Position numbers and translations under genes: made by a program. Shown piece after piece: positions 1 through 12,621 of a stretch of 64,000 bases of DNA. How positions within the stretch are numbered: position 1 is the stretch's first letter; the number at the start of each line of letters is the position of its first letter. Under the pieces are notes generated by a model that was given only the letters and a program-made list of their open reading frames with translations, ran no database searches and was not told where the DNA came from. The stretch is taken from positions 117,728 through 181,727 of the forward strand of contig VJWM01000265.1 of the NCBI GenBank assembly GCA_010909165.1, given 5' to 3'. This stretch comes from Anthoceros angustus. Taxonomy: Eukaryota; Plantae; Anthocerotophyta.

Positions 1-179
1 GAGAACCAAGTTGCAAGAGGGAGACGCGAGGAAGAGGCCGCAAACTGGATTTGGGACTCTTTCGAGCAAGGTATGGGCGAGAAGCATCGAGGATGGAAGC
101 TTGGTAATTGACCCCGAGAAAGAAGACCCCGAGAGCCGCAGCCGCGCCATGAAGCCTGGGAAGTGAGAGTGAACAATGG

Positions 180-2420
180 ATGGGTGACTCGCCAACTCGT
201 GTCTCAAGGCATGGTGGGATTAGCCAAGTGGATTTTGTGTTTCGCAATCGAAGTTGGATCATATGGCGCACTACTCGGTCTTTCTTCATGAGGTGGTTAA
301 AGGTACACAATCGATTGGGGCGGATGATCTTTGAAAGAGCCTGTGAGGAGAGGGCGAATTTGCTCTCCCCTTCCCCTCGACCCTCCTTGATTTCACCTTT
401 TCTAATTCATGTGTTCGCGCATTCCGGGTGTCTAACGGAGTTGGAAGCTGTGTCTGCCCTTCATAGCTGGAAACCGGTCAGGGAACTCAAGGTAGAGGAG
501 GAGGAGTGTAAGGAAGATTCCGGAAGGATTCCAGTTGGGAATCGCTCCCTAGAAGATTCGGATGAAGGTGGGGAGGTTTCAAGGGCAAGAAGCGAGGGCG
601 CGACGGCCGAACGGGGTCGAAGAAGGGAAGGACCAAGAAGAGGAACCCACACACACCTAGGGTCACCAGTCGAAATCGGCAGCAGAACGCGAGTGAAGGA
701 GGAGAAAATAAAAGGGAACGACAAGTTGTGCCCTCTGTGGGGAGGAGTCGCCGCTAGGAGAGATTGGAGCGGATGAGGAGATTGTGGCAAACCAACCCCT
801 AGAAGAAGAGGGGTTAGTTCGATAGCCAAGTCCGCGGAGCTCGAACATTTTGGCGACATTTCACCGACCGTCCATCAAGTGGAGGCAGTGACACCGTCAA
901 GGCAGAATTGTTGTGGAAGGGAATGGGCACGGGACAGCCCAATTCGAATCTGCAGGACTTGACACGCCATGGCTCGACGCAGCGGATCTCCTCGACCAGC
1001 CCATGGCTCTCACCGGCCGAGTGTGCAGGCCAGGAAAAGTTGCTCAAGGAGAAGTTGGAGAGCCCGAAGGCGAGAACAAGGTGGCGAGGAGCGCAGACGG
1101 AATGCGAGGCGGCCCTATGCAAGGCATGTGAGCGCTAAAGGCCATGTCCACCCAACAGAGGCCTTAGTGAATCAGTCAAGGGGCGATGCCACAATCGAGG
1201 AGCTTCAAGATGAGGTCTCATGAGCCTGTGAACAAATGGAAACAATGGCGCCCGAGAAATTCAAGAAGTCATGAGAGATATAAGCGAGAGAGATGAAGCT
1301 AGGGCCGAGTCAAGAGAGAGGTGGCCAAACCAAGAAGGCGAGCCACAAAGAACCGCAGAGTCAAGCCACCACCGGGGAAACTACCACCACGGTGGCTAAA
1401 CCGCCACCGCCGCGAAGGAGGAACCGAGGTGGGGAAGTCACCGATGAGCGCCGCAGTGGGGATACGATCCTCGAACCGGCCCCGCCTGTGATTGTCCACG
1501 GAGGAGAGGGTAAGAACCTCAGTCAAGAGCGACAGTTACGGCCCGGATGAGGATGCTCATGTCCTCGGCCGCCGCATGGTGAGCGGTGCTCACTCTAAAT
1601 GTGTATGTGGTTGTTGGGACAGAGGGGCGTAAACTATTGGTCGACATCTTGACCGCCACGGCGCTACTGGTTCTTCCGAACGGGAGCGGGGCCTACCCCC
1701 AAGTGGTGATCGAGGAAATGAGCGGCGTGCATGGAGGGAGGAGCACACGGTGGCTGTCCAAATGATGAGGAGCGGAATAACAGGCCTAGGGCCTATAGAC
1801 GAACGACGCCCATGGGAAGACGCCAAGAAACCGCAGTGCGATGCCGAGGTGGAGGTTTTGGGGAGAATCGCTCGGATCGGGCGTGGCGGGAGGCGAGAGC
1901 GACGGAACCCCACCGCAGGGCTAGGCAAAGAATCATGACGCGCTACCGATTTTAGGAGAGCGACATCATAGGCCGAGGCTTCTTTTGGGTAGGGGATAGG
2001 ATGTTTTGAGGACCCGTGGCTGTAGTTTCTGAATTGGTAGGAGCGCCGTGGTAGTGGGCCATATTTTCTAGACACCGGTAGGAGTGAGTGGAAATCCATA
2101 CCGAATGTATAAGAGACCCTTGAGAGTCTCTCCTAATGACAATTTCGTGTGAACTTCCGTGTTGAAGCTATGCGCGAGGTTGATTGGAGACGCGATCAAG
2201 ATCAAACTCGTTCGATGCACCGCCTTCTCGTCACAAGAAGGCCGGAAGATCCTGGATGGTCGAGAGCGAGTGGCCAAGCTCCACTGGGTGACGGAAGGTG
2301 CGCTACCGAAAAGAGGTAGGAATTGCCGCGGAAGGCCGAGGCGGAACTGCCGGAAGGCGGATCGCCCAAGCACTGACCGGGGTTTTCTTTCCTGATCCCC
2401 TTTCCCGACTGCTGCCACCA
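180..2420 (-). mobile_element. Degenerate retroelement-like ORF region, possibly the extra ORF (Transposase_28-like) of a Tat/Ogre-type Ty3/gypsy element
   Basis: GC-rich, frameshifted minus-strand ORF pieces (e.g. YIRYGFPL..., RKYGPLP...YQFRNY) lie downstream of a minus-strand TATA box and a 21-bp tandem array. The resemblance to the family is weak and from memory only. Confidence 0.3.
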
Positions 2421-2439
2421 GGTGTGTTTATTCCACTAG

Positions 2440-2566
2440 AGGGGGGTCTGTGTGGCCCAAGGAGGGGTCTGTGTGGCCCAAGGAGGGGTCTGTGTGGCCC
2501 AAGGAGGGGTCTGTGTGGCCCAAGGAGGGGTCTGTGTGGCCCGAGAGGGGGGTCTGTGTGGCCCGT
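2440..2566. repeat. 21-bp minisatellite (GGAGGGGTCTGTGTGGCCCAA) x ~6
   Basis: Read directly from the sequence; four copies are essentially identical and the terminal copies are diverged. Confidence 0.95.
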
Positions 2567-2810
2567 GAGGCGAAAGAAAGTGCATTAGGAAGAGAAAGGT
2601 TCCCGAAGGGGTAGATGAGTGCGCGCTGTGAGGGATTGTGAGAGTGTGTGAGGGAAAATCGGAAATGCGTAAGAGGGTGGAAGCGCGGAATCAGAAATTC
2701 CTAGAGGTAGAGTGAGGTGTATATAGGTGTTTGTATGCCCATAGCCCCCAAGGTCTGCGCCAGAGAAGCCGGTGACAAATAGACCGCGACAAAGGCGCTG
2801 GTGGGACCCG

Positions 2811-2855
2811 CCACGTGGTGGCCGAATCTACCACGTGGTGGCCGAATCTACCACG
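2811..2855. repeat. 20-bp tandem repeat CCACGTGGTGGCCGAATCTA x2 plus a partial copy, each full copy with a palindromic G-box (CCACGTGG)
   Basis: Read directly from the sequence. Confidence 0.9.
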
Positions 2856-4929
2856 GTGGTGGGTTTGGGTAGGGTAGCTGGAGAAGGTGGGGTAGTGAGC
2901 GACGGGGTAGGTCCAGAATCCATAGATTCGAACACCTTGACACAAAACTATTCCCTTGGGATCGAATCCTAGGACTATAACGACATAGAGGGTAAATGTG
3001 GCCTCTTTGCGTCTTCGGATGCAAAAACCCATTCCACATTCGGTCTAAAGAGGGACAAGACTGTCCAAGCTGAGTTGAGGTGGGTTTGGAAGCCATAACA
3101 TGGGCTAGTGTAGAAGAAGAGCCTTCCTTCAAATTTCTTGGCCGAATGCAGAATACTAGGGTGTGATCAATAGTGTTCAAATGACGCATAGAGATAATCC
3201 TATTAAGCAAAAAGAAGGAGTCCATTTTAATTTTTTCTTTTTTCTTGTACAATTTAAATTTTTTCCTAACCTTGATTGAAAAAATATTTTTGCAAACTAA
3301 GTTTTTGCGTTGCTGCCATTCATGTATGTTTTTTACATCACACATCCGCACCGCTCTTTTTAGTGGTTCCTCTGCTTCACTATATATTCTCCCGTATCTG
3401 CCTCCCCTCCTTTGTGCTTACTACACACAATGTGGTTGTCTTCTTACCTTTCATCAAGCTTGCATGTTCTAGTTTCTTGTTTTAAGTTAGTTATTTTTTC
3501 TTGTAGTGAGCACATTTGTTACATTATTTGTTTAATTGCTATTGTGTCGAGGTTGGCTATAGTTTTTGTCATGTCAAACTTATAGATGTTGTTGTTTTGT
3601 CGGTCTTTAACAACTTAATGCACAAGGCAGAGTCTGTATTTATTTTTCCTACACAAGCTTCACCGTTAACCCCCCATCATTAGTACATTACTCACTAGGT
3701 TTACTGTCAAACCTGCTACCTATTTTCTATCTTTTTTATTTACAAAGTTGTACTTGCTGTATAGGAACCAACCTGTGCTTTGGGTGTAATCACTTCGCTA
3801 GCAACTTGGCCAGACAGTCTGCATCTTGGCTAGCCATTTTGTATGTGCAGGTCTGCTTCATGTTCTTCTTTGTCATGCCTTGTTAGCTATCTTAGGTTTT
3901 ATGTCTCCATGTTACGTCCTATTCGAAACTTTTGATTGATTGATATTGAGTTTGTTACACGGTGCAAGTCTCTACCTAGGAAAACTTGACCAACCAGTCT
4001 GTATGTGCAAGTCTACCTCATGTTATTCTTTGCTGCTAATAATTAGGTTTCACTTTGTGTATTATATTGTTGCTGGTACATCGCTACTGAGTAATTGTAC
4101 TGTCTTGGTTATGCCAAGTTCTCCTTTTTCACGCGAAGTCTTTACCGAATCAAGGATTCTCTATCTATAAATGTAGTCACTCTAAGTTTGTGTATGGGTT
4201 AACGCCAATTTGTTTAATCTGATTACTAAAGGAAATGTAGAGCTCTTCACCTAGTTAGCTACTGGGTGAATTTTTTTTCTACAACTTGCTTGGTAGTTCT
4301 TGTTAGCAACTTATTTTACCCACATGTTCTGATTTCCACCCACTAGTTTTGGTTATTACTTGTTATTGTTACCCATATGTTCTAATTTCTACCTACGATA
4401 TTTGGGAGTTTACCTATATGAGTGAAAATTTGAACATTCTCTCTTTACTTTCTATCCACTTTTATCCGGTCTAGAGGCGAGCGAGCGGGTCGAACCTCCT
4501 ACCGAGGCAGCGGTTTTACGAACCGATGTTGTTGAAGCACAATATTATCTAGATCCGCATTCCTGTCAATGAAGGATTGTTGGCATATTTATCCTTCGTT
4601 GCTTCAACTCTAGTACCTCCATATCTTCAACCTCCATTTTGTAATCTGCTTTACTTCACATCAAAGTTGCAAATAGAGAGTAAATCTTCAAACTTTTAGA
4701 CCTGGATGTTCGATAACTATGTTTCTTCCATCCTTTGTACAAGATAAACAACAATAAATAATCTCAATCGTACTATTAGCAATTATCGCATAAGTATTAA
4801 CAACACCAAGAAACCAATATGTGCAATTGTACATAAATAAAATCAATGGTCATTGCTAATAAATTAACATGAAAGTACAATGTAACAACAAAAAGAAACT
4901 AAATACTTAGATGTCATGTTCTCAAAGGC

Positions 4930-5475
4930 CGAGGAGAGCGGATTTCTTCCGCACAGGGAGTGCCCATACACCCCCCACAATGGCGTGTCGCTAAGGGCAG
5001 AACTATTTCTGACCAGGAGGAATTAAATCTCTATTGCGAATGTCATCCTAACGGATCCTACTTGGACATCATTTGTGAGCACGTCATCATCAACCCTTCG
5101 GGTTGGGCGACTGAGGGATGCGCGACATCCAAAGTAAACAAGTACACGCCTATGCAGGACGGCCATGCCTTCATCCTACTCGCCATCAAGACCCACGAGG
5201 CCATGAGCAAGGATTTTGGATGGCTCACAAAGGATTGTGCTAAACCCTACCACAGTCGACGAAATGGGGTGGGTCTTCTCCTTTCCTCTGTGGTGGCTTT
5301 CTTTCGACAACGGGTTTCCATCGCCCTGTGGAGGGCGTTGGTCAACGCTGTTTACAAGACAAGCGCAGGAGACACGGCATTAGTGACACCGGTCGTAGGT
5401 AAGCCTTTTCTCAAGTCTGACCACGATATACTTGGGGCGGTTGGTAGTTTCAGGATCGACATTTGGGGGGGCTAG
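4930..5475 (+). mobile_element. 3' fragment of a CRE-clade non-LTR retrotransposon (restriction-like endonuclease domain), frameshifted
   Basis: One frame reads ESGFLPHRE...RAELFLTR...ANVILTDPT. A shifted frame continues KVNKY...AFILLAIKTHE...AFFRQRVSIALWRAL. This matches the RLE signature (RxD..D..K..KY..F.P.A.E..QRxSxALQR). Confidence 0.75.
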
Positions 5476-5868
5476 GCCCCCCCTCTCCCTCCCCCTCCTC
5501 CTCCTGGCCCTTGTCCCTTTAATGGCTTGTTCCTCATCCACTCGGGGTAAATGGTTTTCCCATCCCTTCTTTTTTATAAAGTCTCCATTTCTCGTAATAC
5601 TTATGAAATTAAGTAATAATAAATTAAATACTAAGTAAATATTACAAGCAGGTACAATAGACAAACTAAAACAATTTCAAAACACATACACAAGGGTAGA
5701 CAAACTAGATTTTACTCTAGGATTACACCTTAACTCGGGGTTCGGGTCGGCTTCTTGGGAACCAGGCAGACTATGTAGGTATTTTGGTGTCCCTTTCGGT
5801 CTCCTTTCTTTCCCCTCGTGTTTGTCCTTCACGAAGTCGGCGGCTGCCGGGAGTTGCAGGCGGCAGCG

Positions 5869-6737
<869 letters not shown>

Positions 6738-7100
6738 GGACTACAATTTTGAGTAATTTTGGAGTAGGTTTTTGGGTATCAGCGGAGGACGAATTGCTCT
6801 GTACTTTTTCTGACTGCGGAGTATATATGCAACATTAATTGCATCCTGCAGCCTAAAGGTTGTGCTTTGTCCTCCCGAGAAGGTGATTCTTTTGTCAATG
6901 TTTCTGATCAATGCACAATTATGCTACAGGGCACCTGTATGTTGCTTCGATTGAATTCGTTAGTTTGTCGTCTCAGTTTCCATCACGCAGTAAGCTTAAC
7001 AATTTACATGTATACGAAGAGTTGCCGACCAACTGAACTGCATCAGCCATGCATCCGCAGATTCTCCGTGTTTGCCTTGCTCGCCTGCCAAGACCAGCCC

Positions 7101-7382
7101 GGTTAGGCACGTCAGATAAACTGAAACTCTCACGACACAAGCAAAGTGAACCGAAAGCTTATGAGGTGGGGTTTCACATATCTATCCTTTGAGCTGAAGA
7201 CTTCCTTTTTGTTCTGTTGTCCTCGAGACGGTGCTTTTGCAGTCTTCAGGATGGCTTGGCAAAATCATAACAGCAGCTCGGTTAGACACATCAGATTAAC
7301 TGGAACTCTCACGACACAAGCAATGTGAACCGAAAGCTTGTGAGGTGGGGTTTCACATATCGATCTTTGGAGCTGGAGACTT
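7101..7382. repeat. Two ~103-bp direct copies (7101-7203 and 7280-7382, ~90% identical) separated by unrelated spacer
   Basis: Manual alignment gives about 10 substitutions and no indels. Confidence 0.9.
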
Positions 7383-8023
7383 AAGGCCGATCTTGTCAAT
7401 ATGAACATACATGTACCTCCCTTGGACCATTTGCCAGGTATTTGAACGTCCCTGCAAGTTCACCACGACGAAGGTGCAGATGGAAAACCAATCCGTTGTA
7501 TTTCATGAAGGGGTCGTTGTTCGCTGGAGGGGAAACAAGCGATGTCCATAGTTCACAAGAAAACAAGAAAGCTCTTTTCTCAGAGTCCTCGACTCAAATG
7601 GGGACCATGATGTTGCTGTTTCTTCCAGTAGCCAGCGTTGGGTCCATCTTTGGACTCAACACCATCTCTACTCGGCTGTTTCCACCTCACCTGGCACAAG
7701 TATGCCAGAGACAAGTGCATGAGCACCCATAGCCCCTTCACCGGTATTCTACCCAAACAAAGGATCTTATGGGCCTGTTCTTAAGAAGAGCTTAGAAGGA
7801 GGAGAGTGCCTCGTCGATACAGGCTAAAAGAGAGCAGATGTGGCAACTTGACTCTGGATCCTGTGTAGGCGATAAACCTACGAAGCCCAGGGATACCTTG
7901 GTCCTCAAGTGTCCTGGCCTGGAAGGACAGATCCATGGCAAGGCCAGCGTCTCAGACAGGGAGAGATGAAAGCATGCAGCGAGTGAATGACCCTGGCTGT
8001 CATGTCGGGGGAGTGATGCAGTC

Positions 8024-8948
8024 CTAGTCAACCCAGGGTATGCCTGATGGAACTTTCCTGGAGTACTCCACGTAGCTTAAACCGAAAAATCGACGCAGCA
8101 ACCATTCCTCGTATCTGACGTTCTTGTCAAGAACACTCTTGCTGTGAACACACACAAATCAGTCTATATTGCACATGCATCACCCTGAGTAATATCGAAG
8201 CACGGAAAGGATACCGAATCCGATCTGCAAAGAAGCGCCATGTGACTGCCGTGTATGCCACCACACACACAGGATTAACCAGCATCACCTGAGTTGCAAT
8301 CGACCAGAGGAAGAACCCGAGGTACCCTGGATGACGAACAAACCTATAATACGCAGAGTTGTAAGGAACAGCTCCAAAACTGCTGCAGGCTATCGTTGCC
8401 GAGTGCTCTGTTGATGATACAACCAGTCCACAGGTGCAGGATGTCAGAGTAATTGCCTGTATATACCAGAAGTGACAAGCTCATGGTCATGTCGTCGGTG
8501 CTGCTTTATGTCGTGGGTGAAGTTGCTCTGGGCAGTAAGGATCGCAGCCTTCCGAATCACCTCTCCCGTGAGCACCAAAGCCAGCCCCAAGTAGCTCACC
8601 CAGGCGAGATGCTTCAACCTCGGAAAGAAGAAGCCTTCCAACCCATGCTCAACCAGCGCGCACACGATGGCAACCAAATACTCCCGGCTAATAAGCAGTG
8701 CTGCAATTCCAGAGGCAAACGCCGCTCAGCGTCCCTTCAAGCCCCCACACCCAACTCTCAAAGTTGCAGCACGACAAGGGGGCAGCAGAACAGAGTAACC
8801 TACAGCCCATGGTCACCTGGCGACCGTGAAAGGCGAACGCCAACAGGAACTCGGAGCTGTGGAACAGCACAACTGTGCCCAAGAACCACCAGAGCTGGAG
8901 CCCTGCACACTCGTCCAGGAATTGGAGCAGATGGCAGATGGACGCCAT
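8024..8948 (-). CDS. ICMT: Protein-S-isoprenylcysteine O-methyltransferase (multi-exon)
   Basis: Exons encode FHSSEFLLA...HG, GEVIRKAAILTAQSNFTH, HELVTSGIY, VRHPGYLGFFLWSIATQVMLVNP and YEEWLLRRFFG..Y.EYSRKVPSGIPW, all STE14/ICMT motifs. The stop is at 8024-8026. Confidence 0.93.
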
Positions 8949-9347
8949 GGCTGATGAGGCTGTTGAAAAACTACTAAGGCTCAATACATTATGTAGTCAC
9001 CGTTTTGTGGACAAGGCGCTCGTGTTCCGTTGAGAATCAAAGCAACCTAATGTTGGTGAACCTAATTTGCAGTGGAACCTAATTTGCAGTAGAACCGCAC
9101 TCCTGGATGGAAGACGAAGAATGACAGTTTGCCGATCTTCCCACCGTGCTCCTGTGAATGGACGCTCTCAAAGGCTTTGGGATCGGACTGTTTTGCGATT
9201 AGTTCACGAAGACAGTTAACGACGTTTTCATTGATCTTCTACAATGTTAACTAGAGCTTTCTCTAACGGCTGGTGCATTTCTTGGAGACGAGCAACATCA
9301 CGGCGTCAGTCACACAGAAGCTCCCTCGGTTCAGTTTAAATGGGTCG

Positions 9348-11294
9348 TTAATGCCGATCCCCACAGGAACAACAACCGTTCACAAAATGGTGAACACGGT
9401 GTGCATCTCTGACTATAATCTGTCTCTGTTCAATCCTTGACATGCTCTTTGTGCCGTTATGGCAGTCATTGCACATGCGAAGATTTTTGGTGACTATCAA
9501 AGTTGTGCCGTCTTTGGTGTTCAGAAGACCATACGCCAGGGCTAGCTTCTCAGCATGTCCACAAAGGGCATCGTCCTTGTCTCTGATAGAAGCCTCCTTC
9601 AGTTCCGGGAAGGAGTTAAGCACTCGGCCGTTTTCCTTCAAGCACAGATTCAAGCTCCTTAGCTTGGAAGAAGTATCGTCCCTTTCCTCCCCCACCACAA
9701 ATGCATGAACCCTGTTATTGACCTCAATCCAGGCCCTTGCCGGCTTCTTGGAGGCACCTGCAACCTTTCTTAGCCTCTCTATCCTTTCTACATCTTGCCA
9801 CTTATTGGCACTGGCATACATACTTGCCAAGAGCACATATGCAGCTGAGTACTGAGGTTCTAGTTGAGTAAGACGGTCAAAACATCGCCTTGCACGGTCA
9901 ATATCACTGAAGCTTTTGCAGGCATTCAGCAAAGATGTCCAACCTACGACCTCGTTTTCAGATGGCAGACTTTGTAACATTGTTTCTGCCTCATGGAGGT
10001 GGCCTGATCGTCCTAGTAGATCAACCATGCAGGCATAGTGATGTCCGGTAGGCACAATGTTGTACTCTTCCACCATCATCTTGAAGTACCCTTGGCCCTC
10101 ATCTACCAGGCCCTCATGACTGCATGCCATGAGGAGACAAACAAAGGTAGCTTCATTGGGCTCCACTCCATTCTCCTGCATCTGCTCAAAAAATTGAATT
10201 GCCATTTGGCCGTCATTATGTTGACAGCAGCCATTTAGCAGAGCATTCCACGTTACGACATTCCTTTTGGGCAACCTGTCAAAGACTTTCCAAGCATCCT
10301 CCAGGCTGCCACATTTGGAGTACATGTCCACAAGGCTGCTGCCAACCACCACATCAGCTTCCAACCCTACTTCCTGAATGTGGGAGTGAAGTTGTCTCCC
10401 CTGGTCCAAGGCTCCAACAGTGCTACATGCTTTCAAAAGGGATACAAATGTGACACGATTAGCATGGATGACACCTTCTTGCTGCATACTTGCGTACAGC
10501 GCAAGTGCTTCTTGACCAAGCCCATGTTGAGCATAACCAGAAATCAATGCGTTCCATGTCACCACATCCTTCATCTGCAGGCTGTCAAACACCTTCCGTG
10601 CATCGTCTAGGCTCCCACATGTAGCATACATGTCCACCAAGCAATTGCTTACAAATATATCTGGCTTAACTACATTACCTAAGATATCAGCGTGCACCTC
10701 TTTCCCTGAGGCTAGATCTGGTGCATTGGCACACGCCTTAAGAACTGCAACGTAGATGTAGTTGTTGGGCTTCACAGTCGACCCGAGCATCTGTCTATAC
10801 AGCTCGATGGCTGTCACAGGCTGTTTATGTTCAGAATGAGCTAAAATAATAGAAAACCACATGTGAGTGCTTGGTGCACTCAGCCTCATAAACACCTGGG
10901 TTGCTTCCTGCAACCTTCCATGAGAAGCATACATGCGCATGATATGGTTGGCCAAGTATGGGTTTGACTCATACCCACATTTCATGGTAACACCATCAAG
11001 ACGCCTTCCACCAATAAGATCTTTCTGTGCAGTGCATCTCCTCAGGATGTAGTAAAGGAGAGAGGCAGGAACATAAGAGCCTTGCTGGACCAGAAGGTCT
11101 AACGTTTCCACACCCTCACTATTCTGAACCTCCTCAACTGATTTGTTGCCTGATCCAACCTTCACAGCCCCTTCACACCTAACTACCCTTGTCGTGCTGT
11201 GCACCCAGTCCGAAAAGCTCTGCTTTCTTTGCGACGTTGCGATGTGTAAATGTCCCGCCAACACCTGCCCAGTTCTGTTCATTGACCACCGCAT
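9348..11294 (-). CDS. PLS-class PPR protein with a DYW:KP-type deaminase-like domain ending in DRH (candidate organellar RNA editing factor)
   Basis: Intronless 648-aa ORF with P-L-S repeats, P2-L2-S2 and E1/E2. KPARAWIE replaces the PG box, followed by CGHAEKLA, MCNDCH and C-terminal CSCGDRH. The true start is uncertain. Confidence 0.93.
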   Translation of the reverse strand: MRWSMNRTGQVLAGHLHIATSQRKQSFSDWVHSTTRVVRCEGAVKVGSGNKSVEEVQNSEGVETLDLLVQQGSYVPASLLYYILRRCTAQKDLIGGRRLDGVTMKCGYESNPYLANHIMRMYASHGRLQEATQVFMRLSAPSTHMWFSIILAHSEHKQPVTAIELYRQMLGSTVKPNNYIYVAVLKACANAPDLASGKEVHADILGNVVKPDIFVSNCLVDMYATCGSLDDARKVFDSLQMKDVVTWNALISGYAQHGLGQEALALYASMQQEGVIHANRVTFVSLLKACSTVGALDQGRQLHSHIQEVGLEADVVVGSSLVDMYSKCGSLEDAWKVFDRLPKRNVVTWNALLNGCCQHNDGQMAIQFFEQMQENGVEPNEATFVCLLMACSHEGLVDEGQGYFKMMVEEYNIVPTGHHYACMVDLLGRSGHLHEAETMLQSLPSENEVVGWTSLLNACKSFSDIDRARRCFDRLTQLEPQYSAAYVLLASMYASANKWQDVERIERLRKVAGASKKPARAWIEVNNRVHAFVVGEERDDTSSKLRSLNLCLKENGRVLNSFPELKEASIRDKDDALCGHAEKLALAYGLLNTKDGTTLIVTKNLRMCNDCHNGTKSMSRIEQRQIIVRDAHRVHHFVNGCCSCGDRH

Positions 11295-12621
11295 AAGCCA
11301 AACAGCATTGACCGCTATCTAGCTCAATCTGGCAGATCTGCCAGAAATCACCCTTCCAACAAAGCTCGCCCTGCACTTGGCTGCAGCCCAATCACGATTT
11401 ACCCCTGGGCTAGAGAGGACCCGCAGCAACACCCGCCGCCGCTGCCGGGGGGTGGCAGCGGCAGGGAGCATTCAGGCCCTTTCAGAACTGCAACTTCCCA
11501 ATCTGAAAACAGACCAGCTGAGTAATCCCGGTGGGTTGGAACACATGACAGAGTGGCAGCGAAACCCCTGTGACCAAATCCCGCTTCCATTGGCATCTCT
11601 CAGATGCAAAGCAGCTTCAGCGATTCTTTGTCATCCTGAAATTCAACTATACCATCCCCCGAAATTCCAGCCTCGTAATGTCTGCCAAATGCCAGCACCC
11701 GGTTTCTTCCACCATCAACTGGCAGGTAAAGTGACTATCCGCTGGTAGGTTAAGCCCCACTGAATGGAAAACGGTCCCGGAGCGTTACAAGAACCTGGTC
11801 AGACATGGCCGCCGCCAGTCTCCACAAGTTGACAGTGAGAACGAGAACATAGAAATCGGCACATTCGGCTTTCGACAGAGACTTGATGAATCTCATGGCT
11901 GTACACACACTTGCACATTTACATAGCTCGAAGAATAAGCATGCCCCTGTTCAAATTCATCACTTTCACTTCCAGCCTATGTTTCAAGTTCCTTAGAAAC
12001 TCTGCAGTCGGTGAGTTAGATCACTGCTGGGATGGGGGACACAGCCTGCCTGTTGTAAGGCTCGGTTTGCTAAATGACAGGGAGTCGCTGGCGATACCTT
12101 CATGGATCGTCAAATACACCGATAACCGTGTAGACTCATATATGGTGAGTATGTATGGTAGATGCCATGAATATGCTGAGAGTCGGCCACATGGCAAGCC
12201 CTACCGAATTTTTCTCACTGCCAGCGACAATTTGATGCCGCGACACGCAAGTGTGTGTCTGTTGCTGCTCCAAGCTCAAAGCTTGTCTCGCCTAGCTCTC
12301 AGATATTTTCCCCAACGTGCCACGGCCTTGCAAGCTGCTGATTCTTGACCGGGCAGCTCAGATTGCAGCCATTGATGACGCGCGCATCGCCGCCTGCTTC
12401 TCGCCACTTATTGTTGCAGCTCCATTCGGCCTGCTGTTAACTGCTTGCGAATGGCGTGGTGATCTGCTGTCTCTTTGCCAGGTGCTGCTCTGCGTGAGCA
12501 CCGATCCCTAACCTTGGGGTCTCTTCAGAGCCAGATCTGCTGTGATCCAACGCCAGTGTCAGATTGCTCCATTTCCGGCTGAGGGGGGCTTGTGGATGTT
12601 GTGAGGAAGGGGGCTTCTCCT

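Noticed and set aside
4470-4545. Minus-strand tRNA-Tyr-like stretch (GGTTCGACCC, GTA loop)
   Set aside because: The T-arm and acceptor stems do not pair and there is no A-box.
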